Origin: Hydrolagus colliei
Lineage: Eukaryota
Direction of reading: 5' to 3'
Length of the DNA: 64,000 bases
Assembly (NCBI GenBank): GCA_035084275.1
Contig: CM068743.1
Location: forward strand, 89,466,001-89,530,000
Part shown: piece by piece, positions 12,316 to 23,900 of the stretch
Layout of the letters: every line of letters starts with the position of its first letter
How positions within the stretch are numbered: the first letter of the stretch is position 1
Made by a program: the position numbers and the translations under genes
Notes under the pieces: model-generated
What the model was told of the DNA's origin: nothing
Seen by the model: only the letters and a program-made list of their open reading frames with translations
Databases searched by the model: none

Positions 12316-12531
12316 CAGTAAAAGCCTGTTTATCCAGCACCCTTGGGAACTGGCCAATGCCAGTTAAAGCGCGTGCCGGATATTCGGCTGAAAACACACA
12401 CACACACAAAAAAAATAATGCATTGTGCCAGATAAATTCCAGTTAATAGAATGGGGACCGGGTTTTTGAGGTGCCAGTTATACAGAAGTTATGGTTGATT
12501 GGGTCACGGATAAATGGGCTTTTTTTTACTG
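12316..12531. mobile_element. Tc1/mariner (pogo/Tigger-like) MITE, TA TSD, inserted in a SINE tail
   Basis: ta|CAGTAAAAGCCTGTTTATCC ... GGATAAATGGGCTTTTTTTACTG|ta. The flanks rejoin as the SINE tail cactttatagtatattctgtgaagcac. Confidence 0.8.
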
Positions 12532-12746
12532 TATATTCTGTGAAGCACTGTCTCGATGACACAATAAGGTATTACATAAAACGCATGGATTATTTAATAT
12601 TATTATTCCAGTTTCTGACTTTGAACATGAGGCAACAACATAGGATTGGCTTTAGAGCAGACAGAGCTCTAGAGCTCACATTAGGACAATACAATGGGCC
12701 ACCCTCTGTGCTGTAAATTTTCTGCCCTTTTCTAATTAGGATCCAG

Positions 12747-13075
12747 ACAACAACAACAAATTACATTGGTGAAGCTTCTCTCAGGTTGGGGAGCATCCCA
12801 AGGTGTGGGACAGTCAGGGCTTTGGACCCGAGCAGGTGGTTGGGATCTGGGGGTATGGGAATGAGGTAGGGGGGTGGGGAAGGTGGAGGACAGGGAAGGA
12901 GGGTGACTGAATATGCGGCTGAAAATGTGGATCTTGAGATGTGCTTTGAAGGAGGTAAGGGAGCGAGCAATACAAGAGTTTGGTGGAGTTCCAAAGAGTG
13001 GGGACAAAGAGGATGAAGGCCCGACCATCAATAGTGAGATAGGCCATATGGGGGACATGAAGCAGGCTGGAGCCT
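12747..13075 (-). mobile_element. L2 LINE 3' end
   Basis: GRAFILFVPTLWNS, SFKAHLKIHIF and a (TTG)n tail. Confidence 0.75.
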
Positions 13076-13498
13076 GCTGAACAGAGGCAGCGAACCGAAC
13101 AATGAGAGGCAAGTGGGGTGCATAGTGCTTGAAAGAAATTATCTTTAGATTTTCCCTAAAATCATGATTTGCAGGATTACATACATTTCTAAATCCAATC
13201 CTTTGTCTGAAGCATAATTTTTGCATCAAAATAAATTGATTTTTTTTCCCAGTTTATTGAAAAAATATTAGTGATTAATGTTTCAGAAACTGCCAGAAAT
13301 GAGCTTTTCTTTATAGTTGTTATGTTGCTGAGTGTTGTCTATTACAAATAGATGAATGAAATAATGTTTTAAAAAATAAAATGTCCTCCAGTATTCCACC
13401 TAACTGCTGAAAATTCAAAGCTAATGAGGCATGTTCACTGTATTGTCATTACCATATTGATTTGCTCATTGTTTTCTCATTCTGCCTCACAACTGAAG

Positions 13499-13646
13499 AC
13501 ATTACTGAAGGTGATTGCACAAGCGACTTGTCTCACATGGAGGGCATCTGCTGCTGTGAAAACTGTGGACGGTATGGAACAGTGGAGGAGTTCAACCAAA
13601 GTGTCCGCTTTTGTAGCACTCGCTGTCAGCAGCAGTACAAAGAAAA
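13499..13646 (+). CDS. l3mbtl4: Exon B, FCS-type zinc finger (CCCENCGRYG...FCSTRC)
   Basis: Acceptor ...cacaactgaag, donor AAA|gtaagt, 148 nt, phase 1->2. CxxC...FCSxxC motif. An in-frame alternative AG at 13510 is possible. Confidence 0.85.
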
Positions 13647-13984
13647 GTAAGTGGGGGGTAAAAAAAAATCTCTTGAGAACCACGAGAAAATGTAATTTCA
13701 AAGCAAGAAAAAAAAATTGTTGCGTGAAAACAACCTGCCAGATTGAACATTGAAAGTGTTGTTGTCCATATGATTATACTGAGGTCTTGTGTGCCGATTC
13801 ATTTAGTTCTGCTGTTGACCTGTGCTTGCTGGAAATGCAGTGCACCTGGCTTTTTGTGCTGATGAGCCAACTTCCTGCAATAAAATATAACTAATGTCTG
13901 GGTTGCCAGGGACCTGAAATGTGATTGGTGACACTTTCTTGTGTGTTATATGCATATAGGACTATTATTCTCCAACTCTAGCAT

Positions 13985-14602
13985 ATTGCCCAACTCCAAC
14001 TGTACCTCATACCCAATGCATCCCAAACCCTCATTCACACATTCGTCAACTCCCACTTTGATTATCCAATGCCTTTCTTACCAGTTTCCCCAGCTCCACC
14101 ATTCATTAAATCCAGTTCATTCAAAATTCTGCTACCCGTATCCTTACCCACATCAAAATCCATAATTTGATGGATTATGGATCAATAATCCATATTCCTT
14201 GTCAGGTTCCACTGGTTCCCTATTATAGAATGGATCTATTTCAAGATAATCAAACTAGTGCATAAATTATTTTGTGTCATGCCCTGTTACCTACCTATCT
14301 CTCTGACCTGCTTTCACTGTATTCCACTAACCACTTTCTTTGCTCTGAGGTTTCCAGCCTCCTTCATATCTCTCACCCCCTCTACACCACCATCGGCAGC
14401 CGTACTTTCAGCCACTGTGCTATGGAACTCTGCCTCAATACCTCCGACTTGCCCTTTTTTAGATCAAGACTGAAGACCTAGTTCTTCGACCTTGCTGCAG
14501 TCACCTACCACCACTCCCTGGCTCAGTGACAAACTTTGCCACTATTAACTGTTCTGAGAGGCTAGCTTATTTGAAGGATACTTTATAAATGCAAATTGTT
14601 GA
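13985..14602 (+). mobile_element. Old L2 LINE 3' fragment
   Basis: YLSDLLSLY...TIGSRTFSHCA...FRSRLKT and the tail ataaatgcaaattgttg. Confidence 0.7.
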
Positions 14603-17021
14603 TGCAATATTTTCTTCCTCCTGAGCTCTTTTGATTTCAGAATCGGGTTCTAACATCTTCATTGACTGACATTAATCCTTAACAGTGTCCAATTTGCACA
14701 TATCTTTAATTATCCTAGGACTTGTCTGGCAGTGAAACCTAACACTGATCTAAAAAGAGTACAATGCCACTGGATGGCATTCCTTGCCCCAGGGCTTTGT
14801 TGAAGCTTGATTCCAAGCAAATGATTTCCAAACACCTGTGAAGCCATGGTTATCTGAAAATCTTTTGCTCAAAATAGTTACTTTGCTAATCCTGCTTTCT
14901 ACATGATGCAATAACAAGTTGACTGTTTTGCCACTGTAGTCAAAAGTAATTCTCTGGCCTAATTTGCTGTCATTGTCAGAAATAAGATACTGACATTTCA
15001 GTTGCCCCAGAAAACATAGTGGCACTCAAACGTAACAAGTACAAGAGCCAGAGACCTACAGAAATAGGGACATTTAAGTAACTGCCAGGAAATGTTCGAT
15101 CTGTAGCGACTCTTCAAAAGATTCTCTTTAAAAGAGCCAGCACAGATACAATGGGCTGAATGACCTTCTTCTGTACTGCAAAATTTCTGTGGATCTAAGG
15201 ACTCTTTTGAAGCCGCCTGTGAAACAGTGCCTGTGTGGTTTGCATGCTTCCACTCGCTTCACCGAGTATTATTTATTATTTTTGTATTATCTCTCTGTGA
15301 AAGCTGAGCACAATAAATGTTTTGCTGCAATAATGGTTCAGGCAGATGATTCCAAGTTGTACTTGGATATTGAACATATAAAGAATAATTTTCAGTAAGT
15401 GAACATAGGAACAGGAGTAGGCCATTCAGTCTGTCGAGCCCATTCTGCACTTAGAACAGTTATTCTGTTTAGCCCTCATGTTTGAGAACTGTTTGACAAA
15501 AGCTGCTGTGAAAGTGGAACCATGTTCATGTTGTTATGTATATTTGTGCCTTTTCTGTTGCCCTTGATTACCTGTACTAATTCAACAACAACAAAATTAC
15601 ATTTATATTGCGCCTTTCACGTCGGGAGGACGTCCCAAGGCGCTGGACAGATAGACAGTACAGGCAGACAGACAATAAGTCTACTCATGCCATAACAAAA
15701 TACATTTTCAGCACAAAACGAGGCCAGCCATACCATGTTAAGATGTTTTTTATTACAATATATATATATATGTCAGTGTCGCATAGCCAGAGATTGTGTG
15801 CAACTTTCTGGTGCTTTATATGCAAAGTATGAAACTTAGCACTGACTCAGATGGAAGCAACATGACAAGCTGAAAGGCGCTATATAAATGTAATTTGTTG
15901 TTGAATTTCTGTTCCGATGAACTAATTCATAAAATAGTGCTGTCACTAAAACAATCGGACTCTATTGTGGTAATCTAGCAAACTGTAAATTGAATCCCCC
16001 ACAGTCTACTTGCATTTTATAATCTACCAAACCCGCAATAATTGGGGCATCTCTGCCTCCTATAAATATATTGTTACAATTTTGTTGCTATGGTGTGGAC
16101 AAATCCAAAGTTGAATTGCTTTTGGGAATGCATTATTGAAAAAGGTCTGAGCACAGCAGTGATGGAATTATAGAGCCATGTTCACCTAGCGAGATGGCCT
16201 TGAGGAGACCAATATTTATGGATATGAGAAAAAAATGTTCCACACTTAAAAGGAACATACTTCCCTTTGTTAGTTCTTTTGAAACCCAAATGTCAGGAAC
16301 CTTCTAAGATAGAGCTTGTGGCTATTAGTACCAAATGTAACAGCAGTAAAAGAATGCTTGTTTAACACAGACCAAAAAGTAAGATTCCTAGTGTAAAGTT
16401 ATGCTGGGGCATAAATAAGCAGTTTGAAGAGGTGCAATTAAGGTTCCAATGGTGCTACTGCAGAGTTTTTTTTAATGTCAAAAGCCTAAAAACATTTCTT
16501 ACATTATGAAAAAAGTGACCACGCTGCTAAAATCTTAAATTATCACCATCAACGCCTCTGCCATCCTGGGGGAATTTGTGCCAGTGGTACAAGTGACCAA
16601 TTCAGGGGAATAAAATTCTATTCAGACTCCAACATTGAGCAAATATTCTGTGTTGAGTTCATTCATTGAAACTCAACAACAGCGTTTATTTATATAGCAC
16701 CATTCGTGCAGAAGAGCGTCTTGTTGCACTTTCAAAATGAGACCTGAGACACAAAATGCACGCAGGTAAATTTGGTGTATAAATCGTATGCCGTTTAAAT
16801 TGGCCACTTATATAACTGGGGATATGGATTTTTGCTGCCTGTTGTGTTCACCAGTTTCTATGCTGTGTTTACATTTTTAGCAATTTCAGTTGGGTAGTGT
16901 AATATCATTCCAATTGAAAATATCACTGACGTAACTGTGACAAACTATTTCAACTTGTACTTGATGTGTTTGAAGTGTGAGTGGTGGTCTTAGCTGCTTG
17001 TATTTTAATGTTCTGTGACAG

Positions 17022-17154
17022 GCAGCCTATAAAACACAGTGTGCCAGGAAAGCAAAATGCAGGACCAATACTGAAACGTATGAAGAAACGGAAGAGGAAA
17101 GCGAGTGTGAACCCCAAAGAAGATTCTGGGGAAGATTTTGAAAATGGCTATATG
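17022..17154 (+). CDS. l3mbtl4: Exon C, with basic NLS-like patch (LKRMKKRKRK)
   Basis: Acceptor ttctgtgacag, donor ATG|gtttgt, 133 nt, phase 2->0, frame-compatible with both neighbours. Confidence 0.78.
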
Positions 17155-18796
17155 GTTTGTTAATTTATGTGAATATTGATTTTGCTTCATTGTGCCCAGT
17201 GAAAAGTAATGAGTCCTGCCTCAAGTCTTCCATGGTTCAATGCAACTACACAATCAATACAAAGCAGTTTGTAAACTCTATTGAAATTGTGGACTTCCTC
17301 AAGGGGTCTTCCCTCTCCTCCCCCACCCCCCCACCCCCCACCCCCATACACACACACACACACACACCATTTTTAGTTTTTGTGTTTTACTCATTGATTC
17401 AATTTTCATAACAGACTGAAATAACATACTGCTTTAAATCACAAAGTAAAGCACAAACAATATTACACTCATCCAGTTTGTACTTGCATAATTATTTCAT
17501 CTAGCAGGTCATTTTCAACAGGACACAAACATGTACATTTCTACTACATTTGTCATCCTTCTTCCTAAATTAGCTGAATGCACAGATATTAAATATTTTT
17601 TGAGTTGATAAAGTTCAGGCTAACAGAGATCAATAAAATTTAATTGTACAGTTTTACGGGTCCAATATATAATTCATCAGATTTTAGTGGATTTATATAG
17701 AATTTATTCACATTTAAAGAGCATATGACACATCCAGGGGAAATCAGCAAATCAATTTAGGGAATATTGCAACTTTAAAAAGATTACATTAACAGTAAGA
17801 TGTTTGAAAATCTGTAAATAAAGGATTAAACATTGAACACGGTGTAAACAAATGGTGCAAAGTCCTGTAGTGGCCAATTTTAGGTTAAGCTTAATCTTCA
17901 GTGATAGGAAATTAATATTATGACCACGGCTAAAAGTGACACAGACCAACAATCATGTCTCCATACTGATATTGGCTCCTCATCGCATTAAAAAGTCATG
18001 GATGGTTCCATGGATGGCATCAGATGGAGTACAGGGTTGTGATCCCAGTGTGATGTGCAGCTACTACATTTGTACAGCAGCAGTTGCAAATTGCATTGCT
18101 CCTGGAACCTACAGGCAGTTTCAAGGGTAGAGCTCCATTGTCATTTGCATTGGCGCACTCCCAATTTATACTGCAGATTAGTGAAGAATTGGCTGCAAAA
18201 TACCGTGATTTTCCACCAAACTCACAGCATGAATGAAGCATTAGTAAACAATTAATAAGCTTGAGAAGGACCATTTTGTTCATTTGTTTGAGCTATGTCA
18301 CTAAGCTTTGCTCCCTGCTTAATATTGTGTGAGATGTGTGCATTGATTTATTATGTCATGTATTATTGATATCTAGTAGGAAAATGTTAACTGATTATTA
18401 CACTGATTGGTGGAACAGTATTATTAAATTGCCATGGTGGATCAATTTGATTTGGAACAAAATAAGTTATTCTGTAAGAATTTACCTACAAAAAACAGTC
18501 ACAACACGTCAGTAAATTTTATGAAGGGCTTTAACACGTTTTGATGATTGAATAAGGCACTGTAAGAACTGCAAGGATTGTTCTTATCATGGTCATTATG
18601 CGGTAACAAACACATTACAGTATTGCAAATAATTTGTTTATCCAGTTTAAAATGAGATTACCTCATGAGAATGCAGTAAAATGAAGTGGTATCACACCAT
18701 GTATTATCAGAAAAGCTTGAATTGTTTCATTTTAGAATGATGAATTGTAACACTTTTGAACTGGATGTACAGTCTTGATATTTTATTCTTTTGCAG

Positions 18797-18911
18797 GAGG
18801 AAATACAAAATGATTGGAAAATGAAGATTAAAACGCCTGGTGTGCTCAATAACTACGGCAACATCAAACATAGTCGACTTTCTGACCCAGATTCCAAGCT
18901 CCCCAAACAGG
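18797..18911 (+). CDS. l3mbtl4: Exon D, linker (EEIQNDWKMKIKTPGVLNNYGNIKHSRLSDPDSKLPKQ)
   Basis: Strong acceptor ttttattcttttgcag, donor AGG|gtattt, 115 nt, phase 0->1. It is needed to join the phases of exons C and E. Confidence 0.72.
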
Positions 18912-20336
18912 GTATTTAATATCCCTTGCTTGAAATTTATTACATCATGAATTTCCTATTGATTCTATCTAAAGCACAGTTTATTTTGAGATTTTTTTCA
19001 AAAAAAAGACACAAGATTTTTTTAAGCGGTCTTAAGTTGAAAAGCTAGCTGCAGCATGCAAATACTTTGGTTACCAGCTTCTGTAATTTTCTACTTGATT
19101 TTCTTTTTGTTTGAGTAGCGCCATGTTAGACTTGAGTCTTTGATGCATAAGCTGTAAGCAAATAGTCGTGAAAATTGCCATGCTTTTGAACAAATTTAAT
19201 TTGTTAATTAACAAATCAAATATTTTAAGGAACATCATAATTTTCAAAATAAGTACTTAAAGAGGAAACATTGTACATAAAAAGGAAACATTTGCAGGGC
19301 TATGGGGTATGAGCATGGGAGTGGGACTAGTTGGTTGCTCTTTCAAAGAGCTCGCACTGGCACAATGGCCTCCTGTGCTGTAATATTCTATGATTCTAAC
19401 TAAAAACTGTTTGTGGGTATTGTAAGTGGCTCCTGCCATACGTCTGATATTTTGCCAGTAACTTGCAGACATTCTCTGGTTTGTGTTGAGATGACGTGAG
19501 TGCTGATTTCCTTTCATGGAATGAAACGCATCCTTCATGTTTATTTCCATCTCTCAGGGTCTCTGTGCACATATGTACATCACTCTTGCTCTCAACTGTC
19601 TCTGTGGTTTACTGTATCTGGCCTTGTGTATCCATTCCTTCCGTTTGGGGTTTGGGGCTAGGATGTTTGTCTATTCCTCTACCAGTATGACACTTGTTCC
19701 CATTCATATTGGATGTGGGGAAAGGAGAGTAATTTTAAAGGTTTGTAAAAAATGTAACTCATGCCAACTTGTCAGAAATCCCCTCTGATTCTGATTTCCA
19801 TAAAGTTGGAATGCAATCGATAAGGGCTGGAGATCATTGTCTGAACAGAGTTTCTGCGAGTCAGCATGAGACAGAGCAGGTAGCTCAATGTGTTTGTAAT
19901 AATAATATTGATAATAATCCTTGCATTTGATATAGTGCTTTTCACATCTTCTAGATGTTTCAAAGACTTCACAGAATATACTGTAAAGTGAATTGACTGT
20001 ATGTTTGTGGATGATACAGTTAATTCATTTTGGTAATCCTCAATCCTTGTAAGAAACACGTAAATGACACCCATCTAGGTCTGCAGAGTTAAACCTTAAG
20101 TAACTTTCCTTACTCTACACTCCTTTGTTTGCTTAGCAGTAAATAGGAAACCAGTTGTTAATCGATTGGCAGATGGCTTTCCATGGGATATAATCACTGA
20201 ATCCATGACTGTTTGTAGGACAAGGCTTTGCACGATTGGCTACTGCGTTTGGCCAACAAAATACAGTCAATTCACTTTACAGTATATACTGTGAAGCACA
20301 TTGAGACTTCTCAAAGACGTGATAAGGCGCTATATC

Positions 20337-20687
20337 TCTGGATCTCCTAACCCCTTAGCAACCTACCTGCACTCTCTGCTCAGTAAATTTTGGCCTGCTT
20401 CATGTCCTTCACCCCACCATTGGCAGGCGGACCTTCAGCCATTCTGCTCCCACCCTCTGGAACTCTATCCCGCAATCCTTCTACCTCACCCATCCCTTGC
20501 CTCCTTCAAGATCCACCTCAAGGCCCTCCTCTTCGACTAACCTCCTTTCCCCCCCCCCCTGCCCTTCACTCTCCCCAATCCCTACCCTCAGCCTCCGCAT
20601 TCCCTATCCCCAGCTCAGATCCGGAATACTATTTGTCCAGTACCTTGGGATGCAATGTAAATTTGCAATGCAAATATAATGTTGTTG
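20337..20687 (+). mobile_element. L2 3' fragment inserted into a SINE tail, TSD TATATC
   Basis: The SINE tail gataaggcgcTATATC ... gttgttgTATATCaaatgcaagaatt is split, with TSD at 20331-20336 and 20688-20693. Confidence 0.75.
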
Positions 20688-20820
20688 TATATCAAATGCA
20701 AGAATTATCATTTTGAATAACTTTATTTTTGTGTGGTGTACCCTTTTTCCAGGTTGGTCTTAATTTTTCCGTATTTTTGGACCTTGTTGAATCTCAGTAT
20801 ATTTTCTTTTTATGTTTTAG

Positions 20821-20915
20821 CTGCAACACTCTCTGGAAATAAGAATGCTTGGTCCTGGATACAGTATCTAGAGGAAGAAAAGGCAATTGCGGCACCCACC
20901 AAACTGTTTAAAGAG
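20821..20915 (+). CDS. l3mbtl4: Exon E, start of MBT repeat 1 (AWSWIQYLEEEKAIAAPTKLFKE)
   Basis: Acceptor tatgttttag, donor GAG|gtagaa, 95 nt, phase 1->0. WxWxxYL...AAP..LF MBT arm motif. Confidence 0.93.
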
Positions 20916-23900
20916 GTAGAAATATTTGGGTTTCAGGTTCCTTAATAAATAGTCTTTTTGGAGATTATTTTAAAAGTCTACTTTTTGTTCTTGTGAACCA
21001 GAATATATTGTTCTACAGAAGCTGAGAATATTTTGAAGGGAGTTTCTCTGGGCTGCCCAACAATCTCCTAAACAAATCTGGCATTCACTTCATTGCTGTT
21101 TGTGAGACACTGCTGTGTTCAACCACAAAATATATGGTCACTACACTTTACAGGTACAACAAAAACAACAACACCAAAATTACATTTCTAGAGCGCCTTT
21201 CACGTCGGGAGGACGTCCCAAGGCACTTCACAGGCACAGTAAATCATGTGAAGCACTTTCAGACATCCTCCCAACCTGATGGGCTTTATAGCAAATGCAA
21301 AAATTATTATTCTCATCAATGCTACAGAGAAGGCTTCGGAAATCTTATTGAAAGATTCAAGATCCCAAAGGGTATAGATTAACTGGAACCTTTATAATTT
21401 TAGCATGGCCAAAATGGCTACAATAAAACCTAGTTTTGAAGCTAGAAGAAGCTAGGTTTAGGCTAAACTTAAGTTAAATAATTTAGACAAAGAGAAGGTA
21501 ATATCTTCACCAGAGAGTGGCCTCATTTTTGTTTAGAAAAAAAAACTAAAGTAGAAAATAAGTTACCATTTTCCAGAAGTCCGAGTGGGATGTTCTGTCC
21601 CAAACCGATTGAAGTACAGAACAAAATTGATCTGTGTGGAATCTAGTGGTATGAGAGAGGGGATCAGGAAGATGGAGGCTCATGTAGAATCTGAACACTG
21701 ACACAGAATAGTTGGTTTGTTCCTGTGCTGTTCAGTATATGTATTGTAATCTGACCTGGTGCTAATTATAATCAATGCTGGTTAGAAGATCACACCACTC
21801 TACCTACCCTCCTGCCCACTCCTCCAATTAGCCCTTTTAATAAATCCATGCACAGTATTTGAGTCAGGCTGAAAGTTCCTCCACATCACTTTGTGTAAAG
21901 CCTCTTTCTGGACTTTGAAGTTTGTTCTTATGCCAGAAGACCTCATCTTCACTGCTTGTTGGTTACCTTTGGGTCTGAGTCACATTGCATGGGCTTTCCT
22001 ACAGTCTGGTCAGTTCTGTCCCCAGATTATTTTTGAGTTGATACCTTGAATTATTTTTATATAAGGATGTGTGACCCTTGAGAGGTTTTCATTTTGATTC
22101 TCTAGTGTGTTATGTGGCCAGCAAAATTGTGTGTAGCAACCCATCAGATCTGGAGCTTCTTGTCAGGTGCATTCAATGGGACCTCACTGCATAGTTATGT
22201 TGTGAGTTTGGAAGTACAGTTATCAGGCTACATTAAATATTTTCATTCATCACTTATTTTTTAAGCTTGCAGTGAGCTTTACAAAGGTCTTCCTCACTAA
22301 ACAACTCCATCTAATCCTGGGTTTATTTTCACAGGAGTAATGTGGTAAGGATGATCCAACACTGTCATTTTACATTATTGTGATTGGAGGCTCACAGCTG
22401 AAACTTCTGTGCAGTTACGCATTCGCAGATGATTCTTGGATAATCATTCTCCAGGTTTCCATAGGAACCAGCAGTCATGTAGCAAATAAAGTCTAGGAGA
22501 GTATGCAGCATTGATTGAAATTCAAGTGCTGAGATGTAACCAGAATTGTTTTTGTATAGGCAATCCTATCTGCGTGGGCCTTATGAGGTTTCACGTACAA
22601 AAAAAAATCTTTTTTTTTTACTGTTTGCGGAAGAGTGGAAAATATGGAAATTTAATGTTATTTCAACCATTGGAAAATGTTCTGCACCTTTGATGTATAT
22701 TTAGACTGAAAGAGGCTCTCAGTAAAACTAACAGGAGCCAAATCAAATGCTGTAATGCAAAACATAGTCCATTTGATTAGTAGTTGGTTTGTTGCCAATA
22801 CGTGAATAGATTTGTTTCTTTTTTTTAAAACACAAGAAAGTTTGCATCCAGTGAAGGAAACAAAAAGAGTATATTCCCAGTCTTAGAATGGTAGGGCACA
22901 GGAATTTACAACAATAACTTGTATTTATACAGAGCTGTTCACATGAGGTTGTTGGGCTTTTACCTGCTGTTCTCCACACAGAGGTCCCAAACTCAACTAG
23001 GCAAGCAGTAGGGTGGATTAAGGCACTTCACAATTTGGAAGCAAGGTCACTGTTGAGCAGCTCAGAGTTTGTCATTCGACTCTTATGTCGAGTGACAAAT
23101 TATATATTGTATTATAACATGTATTTGAATCAACACAAGGTTCTTCAATGCAAAGTAATTACAAGTTGAAAAATATAATCTTGTACATGTGGAGAACATC
23201 ACCTCCAGCGCCTTCAGACATCCTCCCAACATGAAATGCGCTACACAAATGTTATTTTGTTGTTGTATGTGTTTCTGTGGAGTTCCTAAATGGTATAGGC
23301 TGCCCTGTAAACTGAGCAGTAGTGTGTGGTTCAGTCAACATAATATATACTTAGAACTTGCTCTTAAAGTAAGAACTTTTACTTTTTACAACTGTAGATT
23401 GAAACTATAGAATATGTTCTGAAGTACAGTACAGTATATTTGGATTGAAAAATGTCCCACACCAAAAATAACAATAGCTGATTCAAATACGGTCATGCTA
23501 TATATAATCATGTAATATATATAATTAATTGAACACAAAATGTATATCAGATGTATAATTAAATTTTTTGTACTTTAATCCTGATTATAACTGCACTGAA
23601 TTAATTCTAATATATTTAAATAGAGACGAGAAGGGCCCTATATAAATATCCTCACCAAGCTGTCACACAAATGTACAACTGATAGACGGAAGAGGAGTAG
23701 GAATCCTAGCTTGTTTTCCACTCTCTTACTTTGGGAAGATCAGAGCCAGCTTAGCCTTCTTACATGGGCACAGCTGAATGCACAAACAGCAAGTTCCTGG
23801 CCAGTAAGTTGCAGGCTATGTCCTTGCAGCCTCTTATTGGGGCTGTTTTGGCCATATTTCTATGAAAAAAAAGTAGAATCATAGAATTTTACAGCAATAA

